DNA from: Octopus sinensis
Lineage: Eukaryota
Direction of reading: 5' to 3'
Length of the DNA: 64,000 nucleotides
NCBI RefSeq assembly: GCF_006345805.1
Contig: NC_043007.1
Location: forward strand, 12,586,001 to 12,650,000
The position numbers were made by a program, and so were the translations under genes. Numbering within the stretch: the first letter of the stretch is position 1; every line of letters begins with the position of its first letter. Positions 25,307-37,941 of this stretch are shown one piece after another. Below the pieces are notes generated by a model. That model ran no database searches. It saw only the letters and a list, made by a program, of their open reading frames with translations, and was not told the origin of the DNA.

Positions 25307-25504
25307 TATACAACTGTATAATCATGCATGCACACATAAGCTGCTCTCTCTCTCTTCATCGTCATCATCGTTTCATATCCATATTCCTTGGTGGCATGGG
25401 TTGGCCGGTTTGACTGAGGTCTGGAGAGCCAACAGCTGCACCAGGCTCCATTCTGATCAGGCAATGTTTCTATGCCTGGATGCCCCTCCCTCTCTCTCAT
25501 ATAT

Positions 25505-25600
25505 ATATATAACGGGAAGCTTTACGAAAATAAACAAAAGACGAAGGCAGGTGGAGTACAAACAAACAATTGTATGAGTATGGCGCTCAGGAATAGAAAT
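25505..25600 (-). repeat. Truncated copy of the dispersed repeat at 54770-54965
   Basis: Reverse complement TTTCTATTCCTGAGCG...CCACCTG..TTCGTCTTTTGTT..TTTTCGTAAA matches about 54880-54955. Confidence 0.7.
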
Positions 25601-26525
25601 ATATATATATATTACTTCAAATTTAAAAAAGAAAACTATCATTCAATGTTATACAAAATCCATATTTTATATCTCTGAAGAGCAGAAGCGTTGTCTATAA
25701 ATGCTTATCAATATAGAATTTCATTATAGGGACAACTCTTCTGTGAAACGATTGTAAGGTGCTTTAAATAGTTAATTCAAAACTTTTAAACTGTCATATA
25801 CATTATATATTTATACTTATACATATTTACATATATTTTTATACATATTTATATTTATTTATTTATATATTTTTAATACAACAATTTTCACACGTGTATA
25901 TCTTTCTGAGGAGTTTTGATATTGATTTCCTAATATTAATAATAATATTATTAAATATATATATATATATATATATATAATTTAACATCCACTTTTCAAT
26001 GCTTGTATGGGTCAGGTGGAGCTTTTTGAGGTAGACATTTTATGGCCAGATGCCCTTCCTGGCATCAACCTTCACCTTTGTCCAAGCAATGTAATATTCC
26101 CCATAGTCAGACATGTATTTTACATGTTATACACACACTTCCTTAAACCTGAGGTCTTTTATACAAGGTTCACTTCTTTTTTATTTTTGTGGTTATAGGA
26201 TGAGGTATTGATAATACCTGGGTAGCTTTCTCCTCTGGAACCTAGAGCTGACAGGTAAAGTGATGCATATACTATTGTGCTTCTCACATTACACAACCAA
26301 GAAACTGTTAGATGTTTCTCAACACAGTCTACTGATTAAGCATCCATTGAGCAATGTACTTTTAGGTACATTATATTTCAAAATAAGACATAGTCATTAT
26401 GACTGGAAAGCATTTGAATTAAGGTGGATCTTACACGAGACAGCAGTTTAGTGGCCAATTCCATTTGATGGATTTTACTCCAACTTACACATCCACATGC
26501 TTAAGAATATATCTGTCGTTGCTGC

Positions 26526-26748
26526 TTAACCCTTTCGTTACCAACCCAGCTGAAACCAGCTCTTTAGTACAAACGTCTTGTTTTCATAAGTTTTGAATTG
26601 AAATCTTCCACCAAGCCTTAGTCACAATTTATGTCTCTAACACTAGCTGAATGATAACTAAGTTATTTTACTAAATTCTTTGTTATATTTAAAGTAATTG
26701 AAAGAAACACAGAGCATCTCAACAGAAATACAGTAACGAAAGGTTTAA
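26526..26748 (+). mobile_element. piggyBac-type MITE family D
   Basis: TTAA-CCCTTTCGTTAC...GTAACGAAAGGT-TTAA. Confidence 0.85.
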
Positions 26749-26771
26749 AATATATAATAGAGAAACAATTC

Positions 26772-27000
26772 TTAAACCTTTTGATACCAACCCGACTGAA
26801 ATCACCTTTGGCTCTGAGTACAAATGTCTTGTTTTCATAGGTTTTGAATTAAAACCTTCCACCAAACCATAGTCACAATTTATGTCCCTAACACTAGCTG
26901 AATGATAACTAAGTTATTTTACTAAATTCTTTGTTATATTTAAAATTAATTGAAAGAAACACAGAGCATCTCAAAATAAATACAGTAACGAAAGGGTTAA
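26772..27000 (+). mobile_element. piggyBac-type MITE family D
   Basis: TTAA-ACCTTTTGATAC...GTAACGAAAGGG-TTAA. Confidence 0.85.
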
Positions 27001-27349
27001 CTCATGGTTAGAACCCTATGAAGCAAAGCTGTGACAAACGGTGTTCCACCCAGGCCCATTGTACTTTTTTAGTGGTTATCTGTTATATAAGCTATGTGCA
27101 GCAGGTAATATGTGATCATTAATTATTTGTTGTCCAGTTACAATGCTCTACAGTCATTCATTCACAGTATGATATCTGTTTTTGGGTGCGCCACCAAGAA
27201 CAGTGGTTGCCTAGGAATAAATACACTGTCCAATATGTTCCCCATTTTTCGAGACAGTTGAGTGTAATTTGAAAGAAAGTTGAGTTCTTTGTTGTAGCTA
27301 CAGCTATAGTAGTTCCCTCATTACCCATTTGGATTCATACATTCTTCAA

Positions 27350-27800
27350 TACTCTCATGCTGGTGGCACGTACAAAGCACCATCCGAATGTGGCCAATGC
27401 CAGTGTCCCCTGACTGGCCCCCGTGTTGGTGGCACATAAAAAGCACCATCCGAATGTGGCCAATGCCAGTATCCCCTGACCGGCCCCCATGCTGGTGGCA
27501 CATAAAAAGCACCATCCGAATATGGCCAATGCCAGTATCCCCTGACTGGCCCCCATGCTGGTGGCACATAAAAAGCACCATCTGACCATGATCAATGCCA
27601 GGCCTGCATGACTGGCTCTTTTGCTGGTGGTACGTAAAAAGCACTCGCTACACTCTCAGACTGGTTGGCATTAGGAAGGACATCCAGCTGTAGAAACATT
27701 GCCAGATCAAGATTGGAGCCTGGTGCAGCCACTGGCTCTCCAGACCTCAGTCAAATCGTCCAACCCATGCCCGCATGGAAAACGGACGTTAAACGATGAT
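27350..27800 (+). mobile_element. Family C retroelement with 66-bp monomer array
   Basis: GTGG(C/T)AC starts at 27363, 27429, 27495, 27561, 27627; then core and tail. Confidence 0.9.
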
Positions 27801-28011
27801 GTGTTCAAGTTTTTCATGCTTTCATGGATCAGAAGAATACATTATTGTTTTACAGTCGGATGTCCTTCCTGATATTAACTCTAACCTGCCAGAGAGAAAG
27901 CTGGAATGCATACAAGTCAATCTTTCTACTGCTCGAACAACTTAGCCATTGTGCTGCATGTGAATCTACATGACACTAGGATATAGATTTAATGTAGTTG
28001 TGTATGTGTGA

Positions 28012-28046
<35 letters not shown>

Positions 28047-28140
28047 CAAAATGAGGGTGAAAAATTGGATATTAATTTGATAACATCAATTTTTACACCA
28101 GTGGTCTAGCATATAAAAAAACTGAGATTCAGTAAATAGT

Positions 28141-28251
28141 ATTTCATACATAAATATAAGAGGGAATTTTTTTAACCACTATGTGGAAACCCTAGGATAA
28201 GGGTTTCCACATAGTGGTTAAAAAATTCCCTCTTATATTTATGTATGAAAT
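28141..28251. repeat. Near-perfect fold-back palindrome (about 52-bp arms, 6-nt loop)
   Basis: ATTTCATACATAAATATAAGAGGGAATTTTTTTAACCACTATGTGGAAACCCT-AGGATA-reverse complement; one 1-nt indel in the T/A run. Confidence 0.9.
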
Positions 28252-28275
28252 ATATATATATATATATATATATAT

Positions 28276-28515
28276 GGCACGTAAAAAGCACCATCCGTTC
28301 GTGGCCGTTTGCCAGCTCTGTCTGGCACCTGTGCGGGTGGCACGTAAAAAGCACCTACTACACTCACGGAGTGGTTGGCGTTAGGAAGGGCATCCAGCCG
28401 TAGAAACACTGCCAGATCTGACTGGGCCTGATGAAGCCTTCCGGCTTCACAGACCCCAGTTGAACCGTCCAACCCATGCTAGCATGGAAAACGGACGCTA
28501 AACGATGATGATGAT
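28276..28515 (+). mobile_element. Family C retroelement inserted in (TA)n
   Basis: One monomer plus core and tail. Confidence 0.85.
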
Positions 28516-29064
28516 CATCATGATATATGAGTACAATGATTTTTGTGAATATATTATTTTGTAGAATATTTTCTTTTTGTTTCTGTGAACAGTCACATGA
28601 TTTTCATGGTCCAATAAAATTTGTATAACAATGCGGAAGATGTCGGCAACCAATATTTTCAATGTGGTGTTGGAATGCATGTGAACATGTGCAAAATGAC
28701 TTGCCGTATGCTAATAATAGCATCAAACACTGGCGCAACACATTTTAACAAGTGTGTTGTCATTACTTATCTTTCATTACGTAGACCTGTGAACGAAATT
28801 TAATGTGAGCAAAGTGTAAACGAAGTATTTGTTGCACAACTACCTGCTGTTCTTGATGGCCCACCAAAAAACAGATATCATACTGTGAGCGAATGACTAA
28901 TGGATTGTAATTGGATATCAAATAATTAACGATCACGTATTACTTGCTTACATGAAGCTGATACAGGTAGAAGCTTTTAAAATTTTCTCCACGTTCTTTA
29001 AAATAAATTTTTTTTGTGGAGGGAAATTATATTTTTTATTCCACATCTAAAATTGGTCTACAAC

Positions 29065-29500
29065 ATCATCATCATCATTTGATATCCGCTTTCCATGCTA
29101 GCATGTGTTGGACGATTTTGACTGAGGGCCAGATGGCTGCATCAGGCTCCAATCTTGATCTGGCAGAGTTTCTACAGCTGGATGCCCTTCCTAACGCCAA
29201 CCACTCCGAGAGTGTAGTGGGTGCTTTTTATGTGCCACCAGCACGGGGGCCAGTCAGGCGGTACTGGCAACGACCTCGCTCTAATTTTTATACACATGCC
29301 ACCGGCACAGTTGCTTGTAAGGTGATGTTGGTAACGATCACACTCAAATGGTGCTCTTTTAAGTGCCGCGGGCACAGAAGCCAGTTGGCTGCACTGGCAA
29401 CAATCATGCTTGATGGTGCTCTTGGCACCCTACTAGCACGGGCACAAGTGCCAGTAAGGCGACGCTGATAACAATCACACTCGAATGGTGCCTTTTGCAA
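29065..29500 (-). mobile_element. Family C retroelement with divergent monomer array
   Basis: Homologous to 35652-36185. Confidence 0.85.
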
Positions 29501-30407
29501 AAGCATTCCATGAAAAGTCATTAAGTTCTTTAGTAATAAGCCATGCTGAAATATGTGTTAACGATAGTAAATATGTGTATGTGAAATGTGTATTTATGTT
29601 TGTTCATTTAATGTTAATTATAACCTGAAATTGTTCAGATAACTTGTAGGTGGAATCTGATTGACAGAAATTCTGCAGAAGCCCATCTATGTGTAAACTT
29701 TTTCATCAGTCTAACCTCATCAATAAGAAATGGTAATTTTGAACAAAGTCCCTTGAAATATTTGTTCTGCACCTAGTTACTGACATTCGCTTTTCATCCC
29801 CGCACTACCCTCAGTGATTGACCTACTGGGAACCTGTGACCCGCAATGCTATGCTGTTCACCAGTACACAGATTGAGAGGATAACTTACAAACAATAACA
29901 GAAACTCATATCTGTTGTCTTCTTCAGACTGGAAATGTTGTTGAGAATTTAGAAGACTTTCTACAATTCCCATTGATCAGTTTATTTTTTGTTGTTGTTT
30001 TTCTGTTACCAAACCAATAATTAATTTTTATTTAGCATCACTTGTAGTACAAAACCATTTCTTAACCTCATATCTGAAAGAAATCCAGTAACCATTGCCA
30101 ACTATAAATCACAGTCTTTCAACATGTTGTTAAAAAAAATATAATTTGCATTTCTAATTTGAAATAGGTCAGATAAGTGCAATTTGTGAGATTTATCTAA
30201 ATATTTCTTTTTATTTATAGCTAATGTAATTAACTATTACATTAAACCTATTTCTATTATTTTGATATAATTGATAGCAGTTTTTTGTGGGGTGGAGGGA
30301 TTTTATTTTCATACTAGCTGGCCCTGTGCCATCAATAATGATGGCTAATTGTAGTATTTTATATACAAATAAGGTACAAAATAATCACACATACAAACAT
30401 TCACATA

Positions 30408-30798
30408 GGCGCAGGAGTGGCTGTGTGGTAAGTAGCTTGCTAACCAACCACATGGTTCGGGTTCAGTCCCACTGCGTGGCATCTTGGGCAAGTGTCTTCT
30501 GCTATAGCCCCGGGCCGACCAATGCCTTGTGAGTGGATTTGGTAGACGGAAACTGAAAGAAGCCTGTCGTATATATGTATATATATATATGTGTATGTGT
30601 GTGTGTGTTTGTCCCCCTAGCATTGCTTGACAACCGATGCTGGTGTGTTTACGTCCCCGTACCACTTAGCGGTTTGGCAAAAGAGACCGACAGAATAAGT
30701 ACTGGGCTTACAAAGAATAAGTCCTGGGGTCGATTTGCTCGACTAAAGGCAGTGCTCCAGCATGGCCGCAGTCAAATGACTGAAACAAGTAAAAGAGT
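30408..30798 (+). mobile_element. SINE family A
   Basis: Near-identical to 3992-4390. Confidence 0.9.
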
Positions 30799-31080
30799 AT
30801 ACTTCCCTTGTACATGCACACACATACACATATATACTCACACAGAGTTGAAATGCTGTTTGATTTTTCTTTTCGGCGTTGAATGTTTACCATCCACTCC
30901 CTTTTGCATATATACATATACACATGCAAAGTTGAAATGTTGTTTGACTTTTTTTTTCACAGTAGAACTTCGGTCATCCCACTCCCAAATTTGCCATCAC
31001 CCCTTCCTTCCTTATTCATCTATCACCCCTTCCTTTTCCATATGTTGTGAGGAGAAAGACAAGAGTATTATTATAGAAGA

Positions 31081-31471
31081 ATAGCAGTATCGCCCGGTGT
31101 TGCTCAGGTTTGTTTCGACCCTTTAGAACTGGAATTTTTGAAAAGTAAAAATTTTGCATTATGTAGCTTGTTATTCTCCTTTAAGTGAACATTTTTCTGG
31201 TTGAAATACACCGAAAATTGGTGACACAGCAGTCAAAAAATCGTAAAAAATAGGGATTTTCATAGAAAAAAAGCACCTTTTTGATGTAAATAATTTTTGC
31301 TGTTAACATGGTCCGATTTGAATTTTTTCTTGTACGGAAAGAAGAGCAAGCCTTCTTCTATCGTACTCTCGATTTTGGTCAACTTGCGCTGCAGGGTCTC
31401 AGGAGATAGTGTTAGTTGAAGGCTACCAAACCTGCCATATACAGACAACTTCAGCTTTATATATATAGAGA
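31081..31471 (-). mobile_element. Non-autonomous Helitron
   Basis: Colinear with 17285-17678; terminal CTAG reads ATAG on the plus strand. Confidence 0.85.
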
Positions 31472-31994
31472 TTTCTTTGTGTTCCATCTAAGCTTTCTTC
31501 TGCATTTGATTTTATTATAATAAAACCCCTTCATTTTTAGTACATGAAAGGATGAGCTAACAGAGAACCATCTAATGCTTTCCTCTATAAGGGATTTTAT
31601 TGTAAACTCTCATCCTCCACTTTTTATTAAAAAAAAGGATGAACCAACAAAGGAGACACTGTTTGCTCAGCCAATTCTCCTTCAATCACGCCATACCTTT
31701 TGAATAAAAGGTACATCTTGAACAATGTAGTTCTAAGTTCCCTACATGCCGGCGAAAGAAAACGATGGAATAGTCATTGGTCATGGTTGGTGGAATGGCT
31801 TTGACCATTTTGATCATAGGTCAGTCAGCTCAATCAGGTTGACCTGGGGCTAAGCAACAAAGTTTAGTGAAAGGTTTTAGATTATAATTTTCAGCTTCAT
31901 TGATGTGTTTATGTTAATACGGTTAATTATAGTAATGAAGCGATACTGAAATGTAAATGTTCATTAGCTATAAGCTTATCATTAAATGCAGATC

Positions 31995-32499
31995 ATTACC
32001 TATGTGTGTGTGTGTGTATGTGTATATATATATATGTACATACATACATATGCATATATATATATATGTATGTATATATATGTATATATACATGTATGTA
32101 TATATAAATGTATGTATATATATATATATATACATACACACATACATATATATATGTATGTATGTATATATATATATATGTATATATACATATATATTTA
32201 TATATATACATATATACATACATATATATATACATATATATATACATACATATATATATACATATATATATACATACATATATATTATATATATATATAT
32301 ACATACATATATATATATACAATATATATACATACAATATATATATATATATATATACATATATATATACATACATATATATATATATACATATATATAA
32401 CATACATATATATATATATATACATATATAATACATATATATACATACATATACATATATACATACATATATATACATACATACATATAATATATATAT

Positions 32500-32572
<73 letters not shown>

Positions 32573-32735
32573 ACATACATACATATATATACATATAATA
32601 TATATATATATTATATATACATACATACATATATATACATATACATATACATATATATATATATATACGATGATGATGATATATATACACATACATATAT
32701 ATATATATATGTGTGTGTATGTATGTATGTATGTA
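31995..32735. repeat. About 740-bp compound (TA)n/(CATA)n microsatellite
   Basis: Direct reading; source of the long Y/I-rich spurious ORFs. Confidence 0.95.
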
Positions 32736-33544
32736 TCGTTCGGTTCTGTTGTGAAGGTTTATCAGATTTAAGTGTTAAATGGCATTGAGATAGATATTGG
32801 GTTTAGGCTTTGTTGGATTTTCCCATTCAGAGATTGCCTGTCAACATTTTGTCTTCTTCAGATTGTTGCTATGGCTGTAATGGCATCTTCAGTCATTGAA
32901 CTCTTAGCAGTGTTTCCATTTTCTTTCTCTTCTCTCTTTTTTAAATATGGCATTTTTTTTTTTTTTTTTTTTTTTTTTTTAGTAAGAACTGGAATATAAG
33001 TAAAAGAAATTTTAGTTTTATTTGAAGTCTGAAATGCTCATAGGTGTTATCTTACAACTTTTAATATATCATTAAATATTTCTGGTAATCAACATCTGTG
33101 TACAACCAGTTTCCATGCTGGCATGGGTCAAGGTGGGTCGTCATGGTCGGTCAGTCCTTATTTGATCTTAACTGTGTCATAGACTTCGTGGAGGACCATG
33201 TGTTGCTTTTTTTACTTTTCAATTTTCATTTGGTTGAAATTATTAAATAAAAGGTTTTTTTCATTTTTGTTTGCAATTGCATTGGCTGAACAGGGAAATG
33301 CTAGTATTTTCTGTTTTCTCTATACTGGGTTCAAATCCTGCCAAAATTTACTTTGTTTTTCATTCTCTCAGAAGACTAGCAAATATACATAAGAATATAA
33401 TGGACTCATTTCAGTTAGCTTCATCATCACCTAAAAAATACTGGCTTTATTCCTTTTCAGATGCTATCAAAATATGTTGCTTTTTGGAGTTTTCTTTTCA
33501 TTATAATTTTCTTTTTGCTTGTTGTGTCAGGAGGAAGTGGCAAT

Positions 33545-33730
33545 GCCCGTGTCTTTTGTGGTCCCTCCAAGATTGATGCTGTTGATGTTCTGTTGAAACT
33601 GCTGCAAGCTAACACCTGCAGGAAAGACTTGAGCAAGGAAGTGATTCCAGAGGGATAATGTTCTTGGGAGGAAGGACTGGGCATGGTAATTTGTGCAAGG
33701 CCTAGGGGTTGGACAGTGACAATAAGAGAA
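33545..33730 (-). mobile_element. LINE ORF2 C-terminal fragment
   Basis: TNYHAQSFLPRTLSLWNHFLAQVFPAGVSLQQFQQNINSI resembles the SFxPRTxxLWNxLPxxVFP..F motif at non-LTR RT ends. Confidence 0.6.
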
Positions 33731-33732
33731 GA

Positions 33733-33964
33733 AAGGCGGCGAGCCGGCAGAATCATTAGCACGCCGGGCGAAATGCTTCGCTGTATTTCGTCTGCCACTA
33801 CGTTCTGAGTTCAAATTCTGCCAAGGTCAACTTTGCTTTCATCCTTTTGGGGTCGATTAAATAAGTATTATTTACGCACTGGGGTCGATATAATCGACTT
33901 AATCTGTTTGTCTGTTCTTGTTTGTCCCCTCTGTGTGTAGTCCCTTGTGGGCAGTAAAAAAATA
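33733..33964 (+). mobile_element. SINE B monomer
   Basis: AAGGCGGCGAGCCGGCAGAATC head to GAAATA-like end. Confidence 0.85.
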
Positions 33965-34673
33965 AGAAATAAGTAAGAGAAGAGATTACTGCATCAGGGA
34001 TTGTTTGAGTAGAAGACGTACAAGGCTTTATGATCTGAGTTCAAATCCTGCCCAGGTTAACTTTGGTTTTCTCCTTACAAAATTTGATAAAATATATCCT
34101 AAGCAAATTCCTGGGGTCAATTTTTAATTAACTAATATACTTGAAGGCTGTGTCACAGAATGGTTGTGAAAATAATGAAAGAATGAAATCTGTAGTTTAA
34201 AATATCACCACTGCCATCACACATCAAAGCATTCAGAATCACCTGGTAAAAATTCAATTAAACTATGTGTTATATTACTTCCTATCTCTGAAATGCCTTT
34301 ACGTGCTTCATACATCTTGAGTTTGTGAGAAAACTTATGATTAATTCATATTTTAGAATAAATTTAACATTACTGTCACAATTTAGTAGTAGGTCTGCTT
34401 TCTTTTCTTTTTAATTTATTTTAATAATTTTATCAAAAGCTTTTCATTAACCAAGTCTTAGTTTTCCTGACTAATTCGGTAATTGAATCCTTTACATGCT
34501 TGCATTCCTCTTTGCTTGCTTGGCTAACTTCATGGAATTTTACTATTCAGGAAATATGTCCTATTTGTAAAGAAACCAAAATTAAGCTTATATTTATTCA
34601 GTTGTTTAAGGCTAAGAAAATTATTTTCATTGAAAAAAATTCCCCCTTTTTTTTTTTGTAAATTTAAAGTATA

Positions 34674-35063
34674 CTTGCAGTATTGCCCGGTGTTGCTTGG
34701 GTTTGTCTCGACCCTTTAGAATTGGAATTTTTGTAAAGTAAAAATTTTGCATTATGTAGCTTGTTATTCTCTTTAAATGAACATTTTTCTGGTTGAAATA
34801 CACCGAAAAATGGTGACACAGCAGTCAAAAAATCGTAAAAAATAGGGATTTTTCATACAAATAAAGCACCTTCTTGATGTAAATACTGTTTGGTGTTAAC
34901 ATGGTCCGATTTGAATTTTTTCTTTTACGGAAGTAAGAGCAAGTCTTCTATCATACTCTCAATTTTAGTCAACTTGTGTCGCAGGGTCTCGCAGGAGATA
35001 GTGTTAGTTGAAGGCTACCAAACCTGCCATACACAGACAACTTCAGCTTTATATATAGAGAGA
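34674..35063 (-). mobile_element. Non-autonomous Helitron
   Basis: Colinear with 17285-17678; lacks the shared 3' flank. Confidence 0.8.
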
Positions 35064-35651
35064 TTTAAAAGAAAATTTCCCTTTAAGACATTGTAAATCC
35101 TTTGTTTTTAGTAAAAAATTTACTATGGCTGCTTTGAAATACAAAACTTTCAGTACACTCCTTGTACAACAACCTCCTTTGTATGCTAACGAAAATCAAT
35201 TTGTTATTAGTATGAACTGAATATTATTTAGGAGGTAGGGCTTTTAATCACTGAACTAGATTATTGTTTTCAGTAACAACATTGATTTAATCTTGTGGTT
35301 ATCGGATATCAATGCAGTATTTTGTTTATCATTAACATACAAGTAACATATCTTATAATAAACTAGTATCTGTACTATTGTAGTAAGCTCCTGGAAATGC
35401 TATTTGTAGTGCAGTTTTGATCGCTGACTGTTGTTGCTTCACACTTAACCAGCTCTGAATATCTTTCATTCTGATTGCAAAACCAAAGGCCTAGTCTTCA
35501 GCAATACAATACTCCTTCATTTTTATTTGTTTCATATGGACATCCCTCACATTGCAGAACTATTATGCTCCTGGAAATTTTGCTATGATATGGATGGAGT
35601 TCCATAATGTGAAACTTATTTTTCTTTTGACTTCCATGTTAAATGGCAGTC

Positions 35652-36185
35652 ATCATCATCATCATTGTTTAACGTCCACTTTCCATGCTAGCATGGGTTG
35701 GATGATTTGACTTGAGGTCTGGCAAACCAGATGGCTGCACCGGACTCCAATCTGATCTGGCAGAGTTTCTACAGCTGGATCCCCTTCCTAATGCCAACCA
35801 CTCCGAGAGTGTAGCGGGTGCTTTTACGTGCCACTGGCACGGGGCCAGTCAGGCGGTACTGGCAATGACCTCGCTCGAATCTTTTACACATGCCACCGGC
35901 ACAAGTGCCAGTAAGGCGATGCTGGTAACAATCACGCTCGAATGGTGTCTTTTACGTGCCACCTGCACGGAGGCCAGATAGCCGCTCTGGCAACGATCAC
36001 GCTCGGATGGTGCTCTTTAAGGTGACGCTGGTAATGATCATGCTTGAATGGTGTATTTTACATGCCACCTGCACGGAGGCCAGGTAGCCGCTCTGGCAAT
36101 GCTCACGCTCTTTAAGGCGACGCTGGTAACGATTGCGCTTGAATGGTGCCTTTTAAGTGCCACTGGCACAGAAGCCGGTTAGCCT
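35652..36185 (-). mobile_element. Family C retroelement with five or more heterogeneous monomers
   Basis: Core plus array of GTGCC..GCAC / GCCAG..CTGGC units. Confidence 0.85.
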
Positions 36186-36422
36186 CTAAGCACAGGTGTG
36201 ATTGTGTAATAAGAAGTTTGGGGTTCAGTTTCACTGTGGGCAAGTGTATTCTCTCAGGCCAACCAAAGCCTTGTGAGTGGATTTGGTGGTAGACAGAAAC
36301 TGAAAGAAGCCCATGCTACTTTCATTCTCTTATTTCCCTCTATATTCCCTATCTCCTCCTTTTCCATAATGATTCCTTATTTCGAACCCAAACATTTCCC
36401 TCTATTTAACCATCTCACGTCA

Positions 36423-36468
36423 TCTCTGATGAAGGGATATTCATAATATCCCAGAAACAGCTGTAAGA
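36423..36468 (+). ncRNA. Minimal type I hammerhead ribozyme motif (Penelope-like element type)
   Basis: TCT-CTGATGA-A-GGGATAT-TCATA-ATATCCC-A-GAAA-CAGCTG-TA-AGA: full core, 7-bp helix II, palindromic helix III, 3-bp helix I; A.A mismatch at the helix II base. Confidence 0.7.
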
Positions 36469-36849
36469 CTATATCTCTTTCCTTATAAATGTCCTGAAAA
36501 CTCCTCACAGCCTTGGCTTTATCTCTTTTTGTGTAATATATGTATATATATATGTATGTGTGTACAGTGGGATCTTTGTGGTTTTCGTCGATGTTTACAA
36601 TTTTGCTCCAATTGTTTTCAAATTTGATATATGGATTAAGTTTTGTATACTAATTATGAAAATGAAATAATTTTTCCTATAAATCCATAATTAAAAAATT
36701 ATTAGATTTTAAAATTTGCAAAATTTGGGTATTTTAGCCAATCAGAAGCGAGTACTTTACACATCACTGTGACGCAAAGCTGTTTTTCCATAGTAACCAA
36801 AGATGCTGTGCATGTGCACAAGGAGGTGAAGGAGATAGAAGAAAGATTA

Positions 36850-36990
36850 TCTTCTACCATAATAATACTCTTGTGTTTTCTCCGACAATATATGAATGAG
36901 AAAGGAAGGGGTGGCAGATGAATAAGGAAGGAAGGGGTGATGTCAAACTGGTAGTGGGAGCATTTCAACTCTGTGTGAGTATGTGTGTGT
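36850..36990 (-). repeat. Dispersed repeat unit F, free copy
   Basis: Reverse complement matches 17201-17284 and 30975-31080. Confidence 0.75.
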
Positions 36991-37354
36991 GTATGTCCCC
37001 CCCCCACATCGGTTGACAACCAATACTGGTGTGTTTATGTCCCTGTAACTTAGCAGTTCAGCAAAAGAGACCAATAGAATAAGTACTAGGCATAAAAGGA
37101 ATAAGTCCTGGAGTCGATTTGCTCAGTGCTCCAGCATGGCTACAGTCAAATGACCGAAACAAAAGAATAAAAGAATATATTCTATTTTATTTAATCTAAA
37201 CATTGCATTGATTGTTCTTACCTGGGACTGACAAACTTTACAAAACGTGAGACAAAATAGCTCACGGCTTTTGTTTTAGCTCTTTGCATCAAGTGCTGAA
37301 ATCCCACTGAGGCTGGCTCTCCTTTTTATCTTACAATGGTCAATAAAACAAACA

Positions 37355-37576
37355 CTGGCAGAACCGTTAGCACGCCGGACGAAATGCATAGCCGTATTTC
37401 GTCTGTCGTTACGTTCCGAGTTCAAATTCCGCCGAGGTCGGCTTTACCTTTCATCTTTACGGGGTCGATAAATTAAGTACCAGTTTCCAACTGGGGTCGA
37501 TGTAATCGACTTAATCCCTTTGTCTGTCCTTGTTTGTCCCCTCTATGTTTAGCTCTTTGTGGGCAGTAAAGAAATA
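37355..37576 (+). mobile_element. SINE B monomer
   Basis: Similarity to other B copies. Confidence 0.85.
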
Positions 37577-37711
37577 CATTTAAGCAGTGTTTATTGATAC
37601 CAAGATAAATGTAATCAACTATGCTACTCCCTTTCAATTCCAGAGTCACTTCTACCATAACACACTTATAGTTAATATAGTGGTGAAAGTCAAAATGGAA
37701 CATGGAAATGA

Positions 37712-37941
37712 TTAATCCTTTCATTAACAACCCGGCTGAAACCGGTTCTGGCTCTGTAGTACAAATGTCTAGTTTTTATAAATTTTGAATTAAAATCTTC
37801 CACCAAACCTTTGTCACAATTCATGTTCCTAACACCAGCTTAATGATAACTAAGTTAGTTTACTAAATCCTTTGTTAGGTTTAAAATTAATTGAAAGAAA
37901 CACGGAGCATCTCAAAATAAATACAGTAACGAAAGGGTTAA
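37712..37941 (+). mobile_element. piggyBac-type MITE family D
   Basis: TTAA-TCCTTTCATTAAC...GTAACGAAAGGG-TTAA. Confidence 0.85.

Noticed and set aside
27359-27640. CRISPR-like repeat/spacer appearance of family C arrays
   Set aside because: Eukaryotic context, no cas genes, variable parts are homologous to each other, and arrays sit inside a dispersed retroelement
31957-32696. Long Y/I/M/C-rich ORFs (up to 242 aa) and similar ORFs at 3482-3909 and 47878-48462
   Set aside because: Translations of microsatellites and SINEs
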